DNA from: an uncultured Chloroflexia bacterium
GTDB taxonomy: Bacteria > Chloroflexota > Limnocylindria > Limnocylindrales > CSP1-4
Direction: 5' to 3'
Length of the DNA: 64,000 nt
Assembly: GCA_963766735.1 (NCBI GenBank)
Contig: CAVYBU010000017.1
Coordinates: forward strand, 160,001-224,000
The notes beneath the pieces were generated by a model, which saw nothing but the letters and a program-made list of their open reading frames with translations, did not search any database and was not told the DNA's origin. The position numbers and the translations under genes were made by a program. Each line of letters starts with the position of its first letter. Positions within the stretch are counted from its first letter, which is position 1. Positions 20,216 through 32,953 of the stretch are shown here, piece after piece.

Positions 20216-21427
20216 GTGAACATCGCGACCAGCCTTGAGAACCTCAAGCTCGAGCAGGATGCCATCGTCCTGTATGACGCCCTCGCCACCATCGAGAAGG
20301 ACCAGAAGCGCGCCGCGGCGTTCCGCCACATCGCCGGCAACGAGCGCCGCCACGCCGCGATCTGGGAGGATCGCCTCCGGGAGCTGGGCGCGACCGTGCC
20401 GCCCGCAGGCCGTCCCCGAGCCCGAGTCCGTTTCGTCATCGTCCTCGCCCGCCTGTTCGGGACGCGGTTCGTCAGCGACATGGTCAAGGCGATCGAGGGC
20501 GACGAGGAGGCGGTCTACGCCGGGCAGGAGACGCACCCGGCCGTGGAGGCCATCGCCGCCGACGAGCGCGAGCACGCCGAGATCTGGAAGCGCCTGGACG
20601 GCGAGGCCAAGGCAACCAAGGAGGCGGGGTCCCGCCGGCGCGCCCGTCGCACCCCGGCGGACGAGGTCTCCGCCGTTGCCCATCCGGGCATCGAGCCGGG
20701 AGCCGCCCAGGCTGCGCAGACCATCGCCCGCGGCGAGCGCTGGCACACCAGCGGCCGATCGGGGACCCTGCGCGCCACGATCTTCGGCGTGTCGGACGGC
20801 CTCGTGTCCAACCTGGCGCTCGTCATGGGCGTCGCGGGCGCTTCGGACCAGGGATCGTTCATCCTCCTCGCAGGTATCGCGGGCCTCCTGGCCGGCGCAT
20901 TCAGCATGGCCGCGGGCGAGTACATCTCGATGCAGAGCCAGCGTGAGCTGTTCGAGCGCCAGATCGCGCTCGAGAAGGCAGAGCTGGAGGCGATGCCCGA
21001 AGAGGAGCAGAAGGAGCTGGCCGCGCTCTACATGGCCAAGGGCTTCACCCGGGAGGAAGCGGACACGATCGCAGCCCGGATGTTCGAGGATCCGAAGACC
21101 GCGCTGGACACGCTGGTCCGCGAGGAGCTGGGCCTGGACCCGGATGAGCTGGGCTCGCCCTGGGGCGCCGCGCTCGGCTCGTTCCTCGCGTTCTGCGTCG
21201 GGGCCATCATCCCGGTGTTCCCGTACTTCTTCGGCAGCAGCACGGCGATCTTCGTCCTCAGCTTCGTCCTCAGCCTGGGTGCCCTGTTCCTGGTCGGGGC
21301 GATGGTCAGCCTGCTGACGGGTCGCAGCATCTGGTACTCCGGCTTCCGCCAGATGGGACTTGGCGCCGCGGCCGCGGCCGTCACCTTCGCCGTGGGCACG
21401 GTCATCGGCGTCGGGGTCTCGGGGTAG
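20216..21427 (+). CDS. VIT1/CCC1 transporter with N-terminal ferritin/rubrerythrin-like domain
   Basis: ERRH and EREH ExxH motifs; LRATIFGVSDGLVSN, AGAFSMAAGEYISMQSQ, LVREELG. Confidence 0.9.
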   Translation: MNIATSLENLKLEQDAIVLYDALATIEKDQKRAAAFRHIAGNERRHAAIWEDRLRELGATVPPAGRPRARVRFVIVLARLFGTRFVSDMVKAIEGDEEAVYAGQETHPAVEAIAADEREHAEIWKRLDGEAKATKEAGSRRRARRTPADEVSAVAHPGIEPGAAQAAQTIARGERWHTSGRSGTLRATIFGVSDGLVSNLALVMGVAGASDQGSFILLAGIAGLLAGAFSMAAGEYISMQSQRELFERQIALEKAELEAMPEEEQKELAALYMAKGFTREEADTIAARMFEDPKTALDTLVREELGLDPDELGSPWGAALGSFLAFCVGAIIPVFPYFFGSSTAIFVLSFVLSLGALFLVGAMVSLLTGRSIWYSGFRQMGLGAAAAAVTFAVGTVIGVGVSG

Positions 21428-21430
21428 GGG

Positions 21431-21748
21431 ATGGACGCCGTGGAGATCGCCGGACGGCTGGCCGCGGAGGGCCTGGAGCCGGCAACCTGGTCCAACGGGC
21501 CGGGCGATCGATACTCGCCCCACGAGCACGCGTACGACAAGGTCATGGTCTGCGCCGCCGGATCGATCCGGTTCGGCCTGCCGGCCCGCGGCATCACCGT
21601 TGACCTCGTGGCCGGCGACCGTCTCGAGCTGCCGGCCGGCACGCGCCACGACGCGATCGTCGGTCCCGCGGGCGTCACCATGCTCGAGGCGCACGTGCCG
21701 GCAGGCACCGTGCCGGAGCTCAGGCGGCGGTCCGCAGGGACCTGGTAG
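21431..21748 (+). CDS. Cupin-domain protein
   Basis: YSPHEH, GDRLELPAGTRHDAIVG. Confidence 0.8.
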   Translation: MDAVEIAGRLAAEGLEPATWSNGPGDRYSPHEHAYDKVMVCAAGSIRFGLPARGITVDLVAGDRLELPAGTRHDAIVGPAGVTMLEAHVPAGTVPELRRRSAGTW

Positions 21749-21854
21749 GGCTGGACCCGAAGCGGCCCGCGTCAGGTCCGGGGACCGGCGCCTGGCGCTG
21801 TACACATCCCGATGTCCGTCCGCCGTCCCGTCCGCCGGCGGCCGGCAGGACGCC

Positions 21855-22832
21855 CTACGGCACGCTTCCGATGCAGACCCGGCCGCCGGGCGTGCCCTCG
21901 ATACGGTAGCCGGCCGCCGAGGCGGGGACCACGAGCGTCTCCCAGCGGGCCAGCCGCTCCGACCAGCCGTCGCCCGTGATGAGTGCGTCGCCGTCGATGA
22001 CCGTCACGACCTCCAGGCTGCGGCCGCCGGGGTTGCGCCTGACCGGGCCGGGGAGCGGCGCGATCTCGAGCCGGAACTCGCGCACGGTGAGGGCGCCGCC
22101 GTCCAGCTGCCAGTCCCGGCCGACCGCAACCGCATGGGCCTCGGTCCGGAGCGCGCGGAGCGATTCCTCCGGGTGCAGCGCCCGTCCCGGTATCGGCGGA
22201 CGCCCCCAGTCCGAGATGCGGAACGTCAGGTCGGAAGGCTGCTCGATCTCGTAGACGAACGTGCCCGCGCCGATCGCGTGGAGGGTGCCGGTCTCGATGA
22301 GGAACGTGTCGCCCGGGGTGGCCGGCCGAACCTCGCAATTGTCGCGGGCCAGCATCCCGGTGGCGACCGCGGCCCGCAGCTCCGCCTCGGGCAGGTCCGG
22401 ACCTGGTCCCGTGATGAGCTCGGCGCCCGGGTCCGCGTCCAGCACGAGCCATGCCTCCGTCTTGCCCAGCGCATCCGCGCCGTACAACTCGGCGGCAAGA
22501 TCGTCCGATGGATGGACCTGCAACGACAGTCGCTCCGCGGCATCGATCAGCTTGACGATGAGCGGGAAGCGTGGCCCCAGAAGGCGCAGGGCGGCCGAAC
22601 CCAGGAGGGCGTCCCCGGCGGCGGCGGCGATCGCGTCCAGGCTGGCCAGGTCGCCGGTAGCGGTCTCGACCAGCGTGTCCGGACCCGCGAGCCACAACTC
22701 TCCCACGTGTTCGGTGGATCTCCCCAGCCGATGGCCTGCCCACGGCCGGATGCTGGGGGCGGGTATCGGCCGCAGCGGGAGTCCCGCCGAGATCGCCGCG
22801 ATCGCCGATGCCGCGAGCGTGGGCCGGGTCAC
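21855..22832 (-). CDS. manA: Type I mannose-6-phosphate isomerase
   Basis: LIVKLIDA..LSLQVHP, KTEAW, GTLHAIG, EIEQPSDLTFRISDWGR; AGGAGG RBS before GTG 22832. Confidence 0.85.
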   Translation of the reverse strand: MTRPTLAASAIAAISAGLPLRPIPAPSIRPWAGHRLGRSTEHVGELWLAGPDTLVETATGDLASLDAIAAAAGDALLGSAALRLLGPRFPLIVKLIDAAERLSLQVHPSDDLAAELYGADALGKTEAWLVLDADPGAELITGPGPDLPEAELRAAVATGMLARDNCEVRPATPGDTFLIETGTLHAIGAGTFVYEIEQPSDLTFRISDWGRPPIPGRALHPEESLRALRTEAHAVAVGRDWQLDGGALTVREFRLEIAPLPGPVRRNPGGRSLEVVTVIDGDALITGDGWSERLARWETLVVPASAAGYRIEGTPGGRVCIGSVP

Positions 22833-22891
22833 AGCGGCTGGATCCTCCTGCGTCGGGGTCGGCCGCCATTGTACGGGTGGCAGAATCGCGA

Positions 22892-22918
22892 ACGCCCCGG
22901 TCGGCAGGACCGGGGCGT
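22892..22918 (-). terminator. Hairpin downstream of the small membrane ORF
   Basis: ACGCCCCGGTC-GGCAG-GACCGGGGCGT, perfect 11-bp stem. Confidence 0.55.
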
Positions 22919-22942
22919 CAGTGGGGTAGGCTACTCGCGCGG

Positions 22943-23077
22943 CTAGCGGCGACCGAACACGGCCCACCTGAGCGGGTTGTCACTCGGCTCGGAGAAACTC
23001 CCCGGATCCTCGGTGCCCATCAGGACGATCACGATCGAGAACACCACGAGGAGCGCGAGCACGGTAAGGATGACCAT
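22943..23077 (-). CDS. 44-aa single-pass membrane protein (absent from the ORF track)
   Basis: MVILTVLALLVVFSIVIVLMGTEDPGSFSEPSDNPLRWAVFGRR*; G/C-ending codons; followed by a hairpin. Confidence 0.6.
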   Translation of the reverse strand: MVILTVLALLVVFSIVIVLMGTEDPGSFSEPSDNPLRWAVFGRR

Positions 23078-23233
23078 CGTCGTCCACCATTTCTGTTTTC
23101 GCAGGATTGCCGTGGACCGGACGGTCCCGCCGGATGATTGGCGGGGTCGGCATCCTGATGCCCCTTGGAATGTTCATATCATAACCTACGAACCATAGGC
23201 CAGCAAGTAGATCCACCTAAGGAATAGGTACCA

Positions 23234-23719
23234 GTGACCAAGAACCATCCGCTCAGCGACAACGATGCGCGTCTCCTGGCCATCCTGCAGGTGGACGGAC
23301 GGCGGTCGTACGCGGATCTCGGCTCGGATGTGGGCATGGCGGGCCCATCGGCATACGAGCGCGTCAAGAAGCTGGAGTCGCGCGGGTTCATCCACGGGTA
23401 CTCGGCGAACGTGAGCCCCGCTGCCGTCGGGCTGTCCGTGCTGGCGTTCACCTGGGTGACGCAGGCGCCGGGGACGGTCGCCGTGGATCTCACGCCGCGG
23501 TTCGCCGCGTTCCCCGAGATCGAGGAGTGCCACCACGTCGCCGGCGCGGCCGACTACATCCTCAAGATCCGTGCCAGGGACATGGACCACATGGGCGCCA
23601 TCGTCCGGCGGGTCCAGACCACGCAGCACGTCTTCTCGACCGAGACCGACGTGGTCTTCAGCACCGGGTTTGAGGGGCGGCCGATCCCACTCGACCGGAG
23701 CGCCGCCGAACCCACCTGA
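23234..23719 (+). CDS. Lrp/AsnC family transcriptional regulator
   Basis: LQVDGRRSYADLG..ERVKKLESRGFI, ECHHVAGAADYILK. Confidence 0.93.
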   Translation: MTKNHPLSDNDARLLAILQVDGRRSYADLGSDVGMAGPSAYERVKKLESRGFIHGYSANVSPAAVGLSVLAFTWVTQAPGTVAVDLTPRFAAFPEIEECHHVAGAADYILKIRARDMDHMGAIVRRVQTTQHVFSTETDVVFSTGFEGRPIPLDRSAAEPT

Positions 23720-23759
23720 ACGGGACGCCGAGCGGGCGTTTGGGGGCCCGTACCGGGCG

Positions 23760-24077
23760 TCAGACGGGCTGCACCGGCTCCGGACTGCCGGTGGTCGCGT
23801 GCTGGGCTTCGAGCCCGGTCAGGTCCTCCGGATCGACCAGCAGGTCCGGCGGTGGGAAGCCCAGGTAGCGGCGATGGGCGTGCAGAACGCGCTCGGCTGC
23901 CTCGGCGTCAAGGAGCGGCTCGTCCAGGGACCGGGCAATCCACGCGGCCTCCGCGGCCAGCTCCTCGTCCGAGACCTCTGAGTCGCGGCGGTTCGAATCG
24001 GCCATCACCAGCCACGTGAGGGCGCCGCCGGCGATCAGGCCGACGATGAGGAGCCACCAGTTGAACTCGGCGCTCAC
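23760..24077 (-). CDS. Hypothetical protein with an N-terminal membrane helix
   Basis: MSAEFNWWLLIVGLIAGGALTWLVMAD; good GC3; start uncertain (24077 or 24134). Confidence 0.6.
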   Translation of the reverse strand: MSAEFNWWLLIVGLIAGGALTWLVMADSNRRDSEVSDEELAAEAAWIARSLDEPLLDAEAAERVLHAHRRYLGFPPPDLLVDPEDLTGLEAQHATTGSPEPVQPV

Positions 24078-24170
24078 GGGCGTGCGGCCCGGCGCCCTGA
24101 CGAGGACTGCATCGGTGGCGAGGATAACCGACACGGGCCCCGGTCCGCAGCCGGGCTACACTGCGCCGAG

Positions 24171-26195
24171 ATGTCCCCCTCCACGTTCCTGATCGCACTG
24201 TTCGCCCCCGTGCTGGCGCTGATCTCCATCACGCCGGACCCGATCGCCCTCCAGATCGGTTCGATCCCGCTCTACTGGTACGGCGTCTGCTACGCGGTGG
24301 GGCTGGCGGCCACCTACGTCGTCATCACCCGGGAGGCCCGCCGGCGGGGGCTGAACGCGCGCCTCGTGGACAACGGGATCATCGTGGTCGGGATCGCGGC
24401 GCTGGTCGGCGGTCGCTTGTACCACGTCATCGACCAGTGGCAGCTGTACCAGGACAACCTGATCGGGATCATCCTGCCGCCCTACAGCGGCCTGGGCGTC
24501 TACGGTGGGATCTTCACCGGGGTGCTGGTGGCGTGGGTTCTCATCCGCTTCTGGGGACAGCCCTTCTGGCGCTGGGCGGACGTCATCGCACCCGGCCTGT
24601 TCGTGATGCAGGCGATCGGGCGGTGGGGCAACTTCTTCAACCAGGAGCTGTACGGCCCGCCGACCGATCTGCCGTGGGGCATCGCGATCGACTGCGCCCA
24701 CCGGGTGGCTCCCTACCCGTGCACGACGTACCCGCTCCTCACCACCGGGTTCCAGCCGCTGTTCCTGTACGAGTCGCTCAGCGGGGTCCTGGGCGCGATC
24801 ACGCTGCTCTGGATTGCCCGTCGGTACGGACGGCACATGCGGCCCGGCGACCTGTTCCTCATGTTCCTGGTGTGGTATGCCGTGGTGCGGTTCGCGCTGG
24901 AGACACTGCGGACGGGCAACTGGACATTCCTCGGCATCCCGACCGCGATGCTGGTGTCGGTCCTGGTGATCATCGGGGCGCTCGCGGTGCTGGCCCTGCG
25001 GCACCGGCCAGGCGCCGGCGGAGACCGCTGGGGCGATCCGGCGGCGCCCGTCGTCGATGGGGACGCCCAAGCCGATGGGGCTTCCGGAGCCGATGATGAT
25101 GCCGACTGGATCGAGGACGACGAGGAGGCCGATGGACACCAAGAGTCAGGTGGGCCCGGTGGACCCGACGCCGGCGAGCCGGCGGACCCGGCGAGCCCGG
25201 ACGGGCTGGACCCGACGCCGGCGAGCCAGGCGGACCCGGCGAGCCCGGCGACCCTCTCGGGGCTGACACGCCCGGAGAAGGACCTGCCCGAGCCGGCTGA
25301 CGGCGCCGCTCCCGGCTCGGCCACACGCCGTCGTCGCCCGCCCCCGGCCCGGATCTCTCCCGAGGCGCTGGCCGCGGCTCGCGGCGACGGAAGCGCGCGC
25401 GAGGGCCTGGACTGGCTGGGTCGCGAGCCCGAGGCCAGGGCGTCGCTCCTGTACCGCGCGCTCCGCCTCTTGGCCCGCTTCATCCTGTTCGTCCTCTTCC
25501 GCTTCCGCGTGAGCACGTCCGGCCAGGAGCTGCTCCCGCGCGGCGGGTACCTGCTGATCGGGGCCGCCCACCGCGGCTGGATGGATCCGTTCGTGGTCAT
25601 CCACGCGCTGCCGGTGCAGCCGCGGGCCTGGTTCCTGGGCAGCGGGCCGTCCACCTTCACCGCCCGCTGGCGGGAGAGGCTGATCCACCGACTCGGCGGG
25701 CTACTGCCGGTCTGGCGCGGTGGCGTGGGCGTGGACAAGCACGTCGCCTCGGCCCGCGCCGTTCTCGCCAATCGCGCCGTATTCGTGCAGATGCCCGAGG
25801 GAACCGTGAGCGGGCCGCCCGGCCGCATCGGGCCGTTCCGCAACGGGGCCGCACTCATCGCGCTGCGGACCGGCGCGCCGGTCGTGCCGCTGGCCATCGC
25901 CGGCACGGAGGAGCTCTACCTCGGCCGCCGGATGGCGACCCGGGTCCTGCCGCCGACCAGCGCGCGAGAGATCCTCGGTGAGGACTGGGACGGCACGCTG
26001 CCCGAGGAGGGATCCCGAGAGGAGCTCGATCTCGCCCGCCGGGTCTCGGCGGCGTTCGAGGCCATGCTGGGCCCCGCTGTCGAGGAGCTCCAGCCGGGGA
26101 CGGTCGACGCCCCAGACCATCCGCGGCGGCTCCGCCGACGGCTCACGTGGCTGTTCCTGCGGCCCGGCCGCCTGGATCGGAACGAAGAGGACTGA
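24171..26195 (+). CDS. lgt: Prolipoprotein diacylglyceryl transferase, in frame with a downstream PlsC-like acyltransferase (apparent fusion, probably two genes)
   Basis: YWYG, GGRLYHV, QAIGRWGNFFNQELYG, FLYES, RFALETLR; Lgt domain spans about 24171-25010. Confidence 0.88.
   Translation: MSPSTFLIALFAPVLALISITPDPIALQIGSIPLYWYGVCYAVGLAATYVVITREARRRGLNARLVDNGIIVVGIAALVGGRLYHVIDQWQLYQDNLIGIILPPYSGLGVYGGIFTGVLVAWVLIRFWGQPFWRWADVIAPGLFVMQAIGRWGNFFNQELYGPPTDLPWGIAIDCAHRVAPYPCTTYPLLTTGFQPLFLYESLSGVLGAITLLWIARRYGRHMRPGDLFLMFLVWYAVVRFALETLRTGNWTFLGIPTAMLVSVLVIIGALAVLALRHRPGAGGDRWGDPAAPVVDGDAQADGASGADDDADWIEDDEEADGHQESGGPGGPDAGEPADPASPDGLDPTPASQADPASPATLSGLTRPEKDLPEPADGAAPGSATRRRRPPPARISPEALAAARGDGSAREGLDWLGREPEARASLLYRALRLLARFILFVLFRFRVSTSGQELLPRGGYLLIGAAHRGWMDPFVVIHALPVQPRAWFLGSGPSTFTARWRERLIHRLGGLLPVWRGGVGVDKHVASARAVLANRAVFVQMPEGTVSGPPGRIGPFRNGAALIALRTGAPVVPLAIAGTEELYLGRRMATRVLPPTSAREILGEDWDGTLPEEGSREELDLARRVSAAFEAMLGPAVEELQPGTVDAPDHPRRLRRRLTWLFLRPGRLDRNEED
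25132..26195 (+). CDS. Lysophospholipid acyltransferase (PlsC family), probably a separate gene with a 1-bp deletion at about 25180
   Basis: HRGWMD (HX4D), MPEGT, GAALIALRTGAPVVPLAI; GAGGAGG before ATG 25132. Confidence 0.7.
25161..25248 (+). repeat. Tandem duplication (47-bp period) in the lgt/plsC junction
   Basis: GGACCCGACGCCGGCGAGCC(A)GGCGGACCCGGCGAGCCCGG twice; the first copy lacks the A. Confidence 0.85.
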
Positions 26196-26229
26196 TCCCT
26201 GCCCCCGCCCCGAGCCCGATCCGCCCGGC

Positions 26230-26415
26230 ATGCAGGGGCTGCCGGCGGGACTCGCGGGGAGGGCGTCACCCCGGGCGGGCGTCGCGTACCGGCTGCTGCG
26301 GATCGCGTGGCGGATCGCCGCCCCGGCACTCAGGTTCCGGGTGATCGTGCCCGGCCTGGAGCATCTGCCGCGGCCGCCGGCGCGGCGGCCAACCGGCGTC
26401 CACCGGACCCCTTGA
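26230..26415 (+). pseudogene. Truncated N-terminal remnant of a second PlsC-like gene
   Basis: RAGVAYRLLRIAWRIAAPALRFRVIVPGLEHLPR resembles RASLLYRALRLLARFILFVLFRFRVSTSGQELLPR of the upstream acyltransferase; ends before the HX4D motif. Confidence 0.55.
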
Positions 26416-26581
26416 GGGATCGACCTCCTGCCGGGTGGTGCCCGACCCGGTACAATGACCCGAAACCGAATCGCAACCTTTGACTGTGGAAGCCGACTCC
26501 CGGGCTCAGCCCGTGGCACGCGCGGCCGGTCACGTCCCCACCGCGGACTGCAATGTCCGCCGCGCAGTCGAGGAGCCGATC

Positions 26582-29163
<2,582 letters not shown>

Positions 29164-29168
29164 CACCC

Positions 29169-29230
29169 TTCCGCTGCCGCACGAAGTGGTGCAGGCGGGC
29201 AACGCCCCCTGCGCTTCGCGGCGGGTGGAA
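29169..29230 (+). terminator. Long imperfect hairpin after mdh
   Basis: Nested pairings TTCC/GGAA, GCCG/CGGC, CGAAG/CTTCG, GCAGG/CCTGC, GGGC/GCCC. Confidence 0.45.
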
Positions 29231-29390
29231 ACAACAGGGGCTGACAGCGCCTTGAAGGGGGCGCTACTCTGACGCGACGTCGCAGGACCCTGCAGTCCCG
29301 CGACCGCTTCGTTACTCCCGGGTTGGTGTTGGCGTCCGTCCCACGGGCGCGCCCGGGACGGAGGAGACCAGGCATCGCCTGAGGAGGACC

Positions 29391-32371
29391 ATGAACCGAA
29401 GGGTGTTGGCACTGCTGGGAAGCGGGCTGCTGTTGGCGGCGATGCTTCCGGGTCCCGTAGCGGCGAAGGCGCCGGCGGCCGGTCAATTCACGCAGGACGG
29501 CAACTACATCGTCCAGATGGCCGACCCGCCGGTCGTCGCGTACGAAGGCGGCGTGAAGGGCCTCAAGGCCACGGCCCCGAAGGCGGGCCAGAAGATCGAC
29601 CCCAACTCGGGCAAGGTAGTCGCCTACGCCGACTACCTCAAGGGCAAGCACGCCGCGGCGCTGAAGGCGACGGGCGGCAAGAAGCTCTATGACTACGTCT
29701 ACAGCTTCAGCGGCTTCGCGGCCACGATGACGGCGGAGCAGGCGAACAAGGTGGCCCGTCTCGATGGCGTGGTCGCGGTCAGCCTCGATGAGAAGCTCAC
29801 GCTGGATACGTCGTCGACCCCCGCGTTCCTGGGCCTCAATGCCCCCGGCGGGCTCTGGGACCAGCTCGGCGGCGTCGGCAGCGCCGGCGAGGACGTGATC
29901 ATCGGCATCGTCGACGGTGGTATCTGGCCCGAGAGCCTGAGCTTCTCCGACCGAACCGGTACGAATGGCAACGCGACGAAGGATGGCAAGCTGTCCTACC
30001 AGCAGATCCCGGGCTGGCACGGGAAGTGCGTCCCGGGTGAAGCGTTCAACGCCTCGATGTGCAACCAGAAGATCATCGGTGCCCAGTACTTCAACGCCGG
30101 GTGGGGCGGCAACGCGGGCATCGACGAGCAGCTCCCCTGGGAGTACAACTCGCCGCGTGACTTCGGCGGCCACGGCACCCACACCGCCAGCACTGCCGGC
30201 GGGAACGCCAACACGCCGACCACCGGTCCGGCGGCCGTCTTCGGCGCCATCAGCGGTATCGCGCCGAGGGCCCGGATCGCGGCCTACAAGGTCTGCTGGG
30301 AGACCGGCGCGGGCGGCAGCTGTTTCAGCACCGACAGCGTCGCCGCCATCGACCAGGCCGTCGCCGACGGCGTGGACGTCATGAACTTCTCCATCAGCGG
30401 CAGCACGACGAATGTCCGCGACGCGGTCGAGATCGCGTTCATGTACGCGGCCGACGCGGGCATCTTCGTTGCGGCGTCCGCCGGCAACAGCGGCCCCACC
30501 ACGAGCACAGTGGCTCACCCCGGCCCGTGGCTCACCACGGTGGCCGCCGGCACACACAACCGTGACGGCGCAGGGTCCGTGACCCTCGGCAACGGCGCGA
30601 CCTACAACGGCGCGTCGGTCGCGACGGCCGTGGGCCCCGCCCCGCTCGTCAACTCCGTGGACGTTGGCCTCCCCGGCGCCGACCCCACGGCGTTGGCGCT
30701 GTGCTACAGCTCGGCCGATGGCGACAACGGGCTCGACCCGGCCAAGGTGACCGGCAAGATCGTTGTCTGTGACCGCGGCGTCACCGCCCGCGTGAACAAG
30801 AGCCTGGCCGTCATGGAGGCCGGCGGCATCGGGATGGTCCTGACCAATACCAGCGCCAGCTCCATCAACGCCGACTTCCACTTCGTCCCGACCGTCCACC
30901 TCCAGAACACCGACCGCGCCGCTGTCATGGCCTACGCCGCGACCGCCGGTGCGACGGCCACGATCAACCAGGCGACCATCGTCGACAACGCGCCGGCCCC
31001 GTTCACGGCGTCATTCTCGTCGCGTGGCCCGCTCCGCGCGGCTGCCGGCGACCTGCTCAAGCCGGACCTCATCGCGCCCGGCCAGGACATCCTGGCCGCC
31101 GTCGCGCCGCCAGGCAACAGCGGCCGTGACTTCGACCTCTACAGCGGCACCTCGATGTCCAGCCCGCACGTGGCCGGCCTCGCGGCGCTGCTCAAGGACC
31201 TCCACCCGACGTGGTCGCCGATGGCGATCAAGTCCGCGCTGATGACGACGGGCTACGACGTCCTCGACGGCGGAACCCCGCCTGCCGCAGCAACAACCCG
31301 ATCCTGATCTTCCGCCAGGGCGCAGGCCACGTGCAGCCGAACTCGGCTGCGGACCCGGGTCTCGTCTACAACTCGTCCTGGAATGACTGGCTCGCGTTCA
31401 TCTGCGCGACCCAGCCGCAGGGTCTCGATTCCCTGTGCGGCAGCCTCTGGGCCGCCGGCTACTCCAAGAACGCCACCGACCTGAACACCGCCTCCATCGC
31501 GATCGGTGACCTGGCGGGCGTGGAGACGATCACCCGCAAGGTGACCAACGTCGGTAGCGCCGCAGCCACCTACACCGCGTCGGTCACCGGCATGGCCGGC
31601 GTCAGCGTCGAGATCAGCCCGTCGTCGCTTACCCTGGCCAAGGGTGCTACCGGCACCTTCACGGCCACGTTCACCCGGACGACCGCCACGCTCAATGCCT
31701 ATACCGGCGGCCAGCTCAGCTGGACCGACGGCACGCACAACGTGCGCATCCCGATGGTCGTCCGCCCGGTCGCCCTCGCCGCTCCGGCGCAGGTCTCGGG
31801 CAGCTACTCGGTCACGTTCGGCTACACCGGTGACTTCACCGCGACCGCTCGTGGCCTGGTTCCCGCGGCAGTCACGCCTGGGACCGTCTCCGACGATCCC
31901 ACCGACAGCACGTGCTCGCTCTCGACCCCCAACGCCCAGCTGATCCCGGTCGCCATTCCGGCAGGGACCACGTATGCGCGGTTCTCCCTGTTCGATGCCG
32001 ACGTCAACGCCGGCAGCGACCTGGACCTGTGCGTGTTCCGCGGCACGGCGCTCGTGGGCAGCAGCGGCAGCGGCACGTCGGCGGAGGAGGTCAACCTCCT
32101 CAACCCGGCCGCCGATGCCTACACGGTCGTTGTCCAGGGCTGGGGCGTCGTGGGCAGCAGCCCCTTCAAGCTGCACACTTGGCTGCTCGGCAGCGCCGAC
32201 GCCGGGAACATGACCGTCACCGCTCCGGCGGCCGCCGTCATCGGCACCGTGGGCGCCATCGACCTGTCCTTCAGCGGCCTGGCTGCCGGGGAGAAATACC
32301 TCGGCTCCGTCGCCTATGGCGGCGGCGCCTCCGGGCTCCCGAACCCGACGATCGTCCGCGTCGACCCTTAA
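29391..32371 (+). CDS. Secreted S8 subtilisin-like protease (I9 propeptide, PA domain, C-terminal beta domains), frameshift near 31280
   Basis: Signal peptide; IVDGG, HGTHTASTAGG, GTSMSSPHVAG triad; continues GAGHVQPNSAADPGLVY in ORF 31211-32371. Confidence 0.9.
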
Positions 32372-32411
32372 CCACCGGCGGCCCACCGGGCCGCAACTCG
32401 GCAACGAGCAT

Positions 32412-32440
32412 GAAGGCCCCCGGCACCGCCGGGGGCCTTC
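32412..32440. terminator. Probable bidirectional terminator between convergent genes
   Basis: GAAGGCCCCCGGC-ACC-GCCGGGGGCCTTC, perfect 13-bp stem. Confidence 0.7.
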
Positions 32441-32461
32441 GTCTGTCCGGACCGTCGCTCG

Positions 32462-32884
32462 TCAGCCGGACGCGGGCGGGTTCTCGCACAGGCTGGGAGT
32501 GCCGCCGGAGCCGATGCGGTAGTCAAGCCGCTCGCCGCCGGCCTCGACGATGACCTGGTAGCCCTGCACGATCATCTCCGTGTACATCATCCCGGGCTGC
32601 GGACAGCCGAGGGCGCCATTCGGCCACGTCACGGCCGTCGCCTCGACCACCGTGATGTCCTCGGCCGCGACCCCGGTGCGCGCGGCCGCGTCCGCGAGGA
32701 CGGCGTCCAGGATCCCCTGCGGGACGCTCGTGACGTTGGCCGGGACGGGGGTGATCGAGACGAGCGGGGTGGTTGCGTCAGGTGTCGCCGTGGTCGCTGC
32801 TCCCGTGCAGGCGCCGGCCGCGGCCGCGAACGCGATGAGGGTGATCAGCACCAAGGGAGCGGGGGAGTGCCGAAGGGTGCGCAT
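32462..32884 (-). CDS. Conserved hypothetical lipoprotein
   Basis: Signal peptide with AGAC lipobox; WPNGALGCPQPGMMYTEMIVQGY motif. Confidence 0.75.
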   Translation of the reverse strand: MRTLRHSPAPLVLITLIAFAAAAGACTGAATTATPDATTPLVSITPVPANVTSVPQGILDAVLADAAARTGVAAEDITVVEATAVTWPNGALGCPQPGMMYTEMIVQGYQVIVEAGGERLDYRIGSGGTPSLCENPPASG

Positions 32885-32953
32885 GAGATCGTGGCGCCGG
32901 TCGCCGCCGCGCATCCCCGTCGTGCCCGCGCGGGCCGGTAGACTGCCGGGGTC

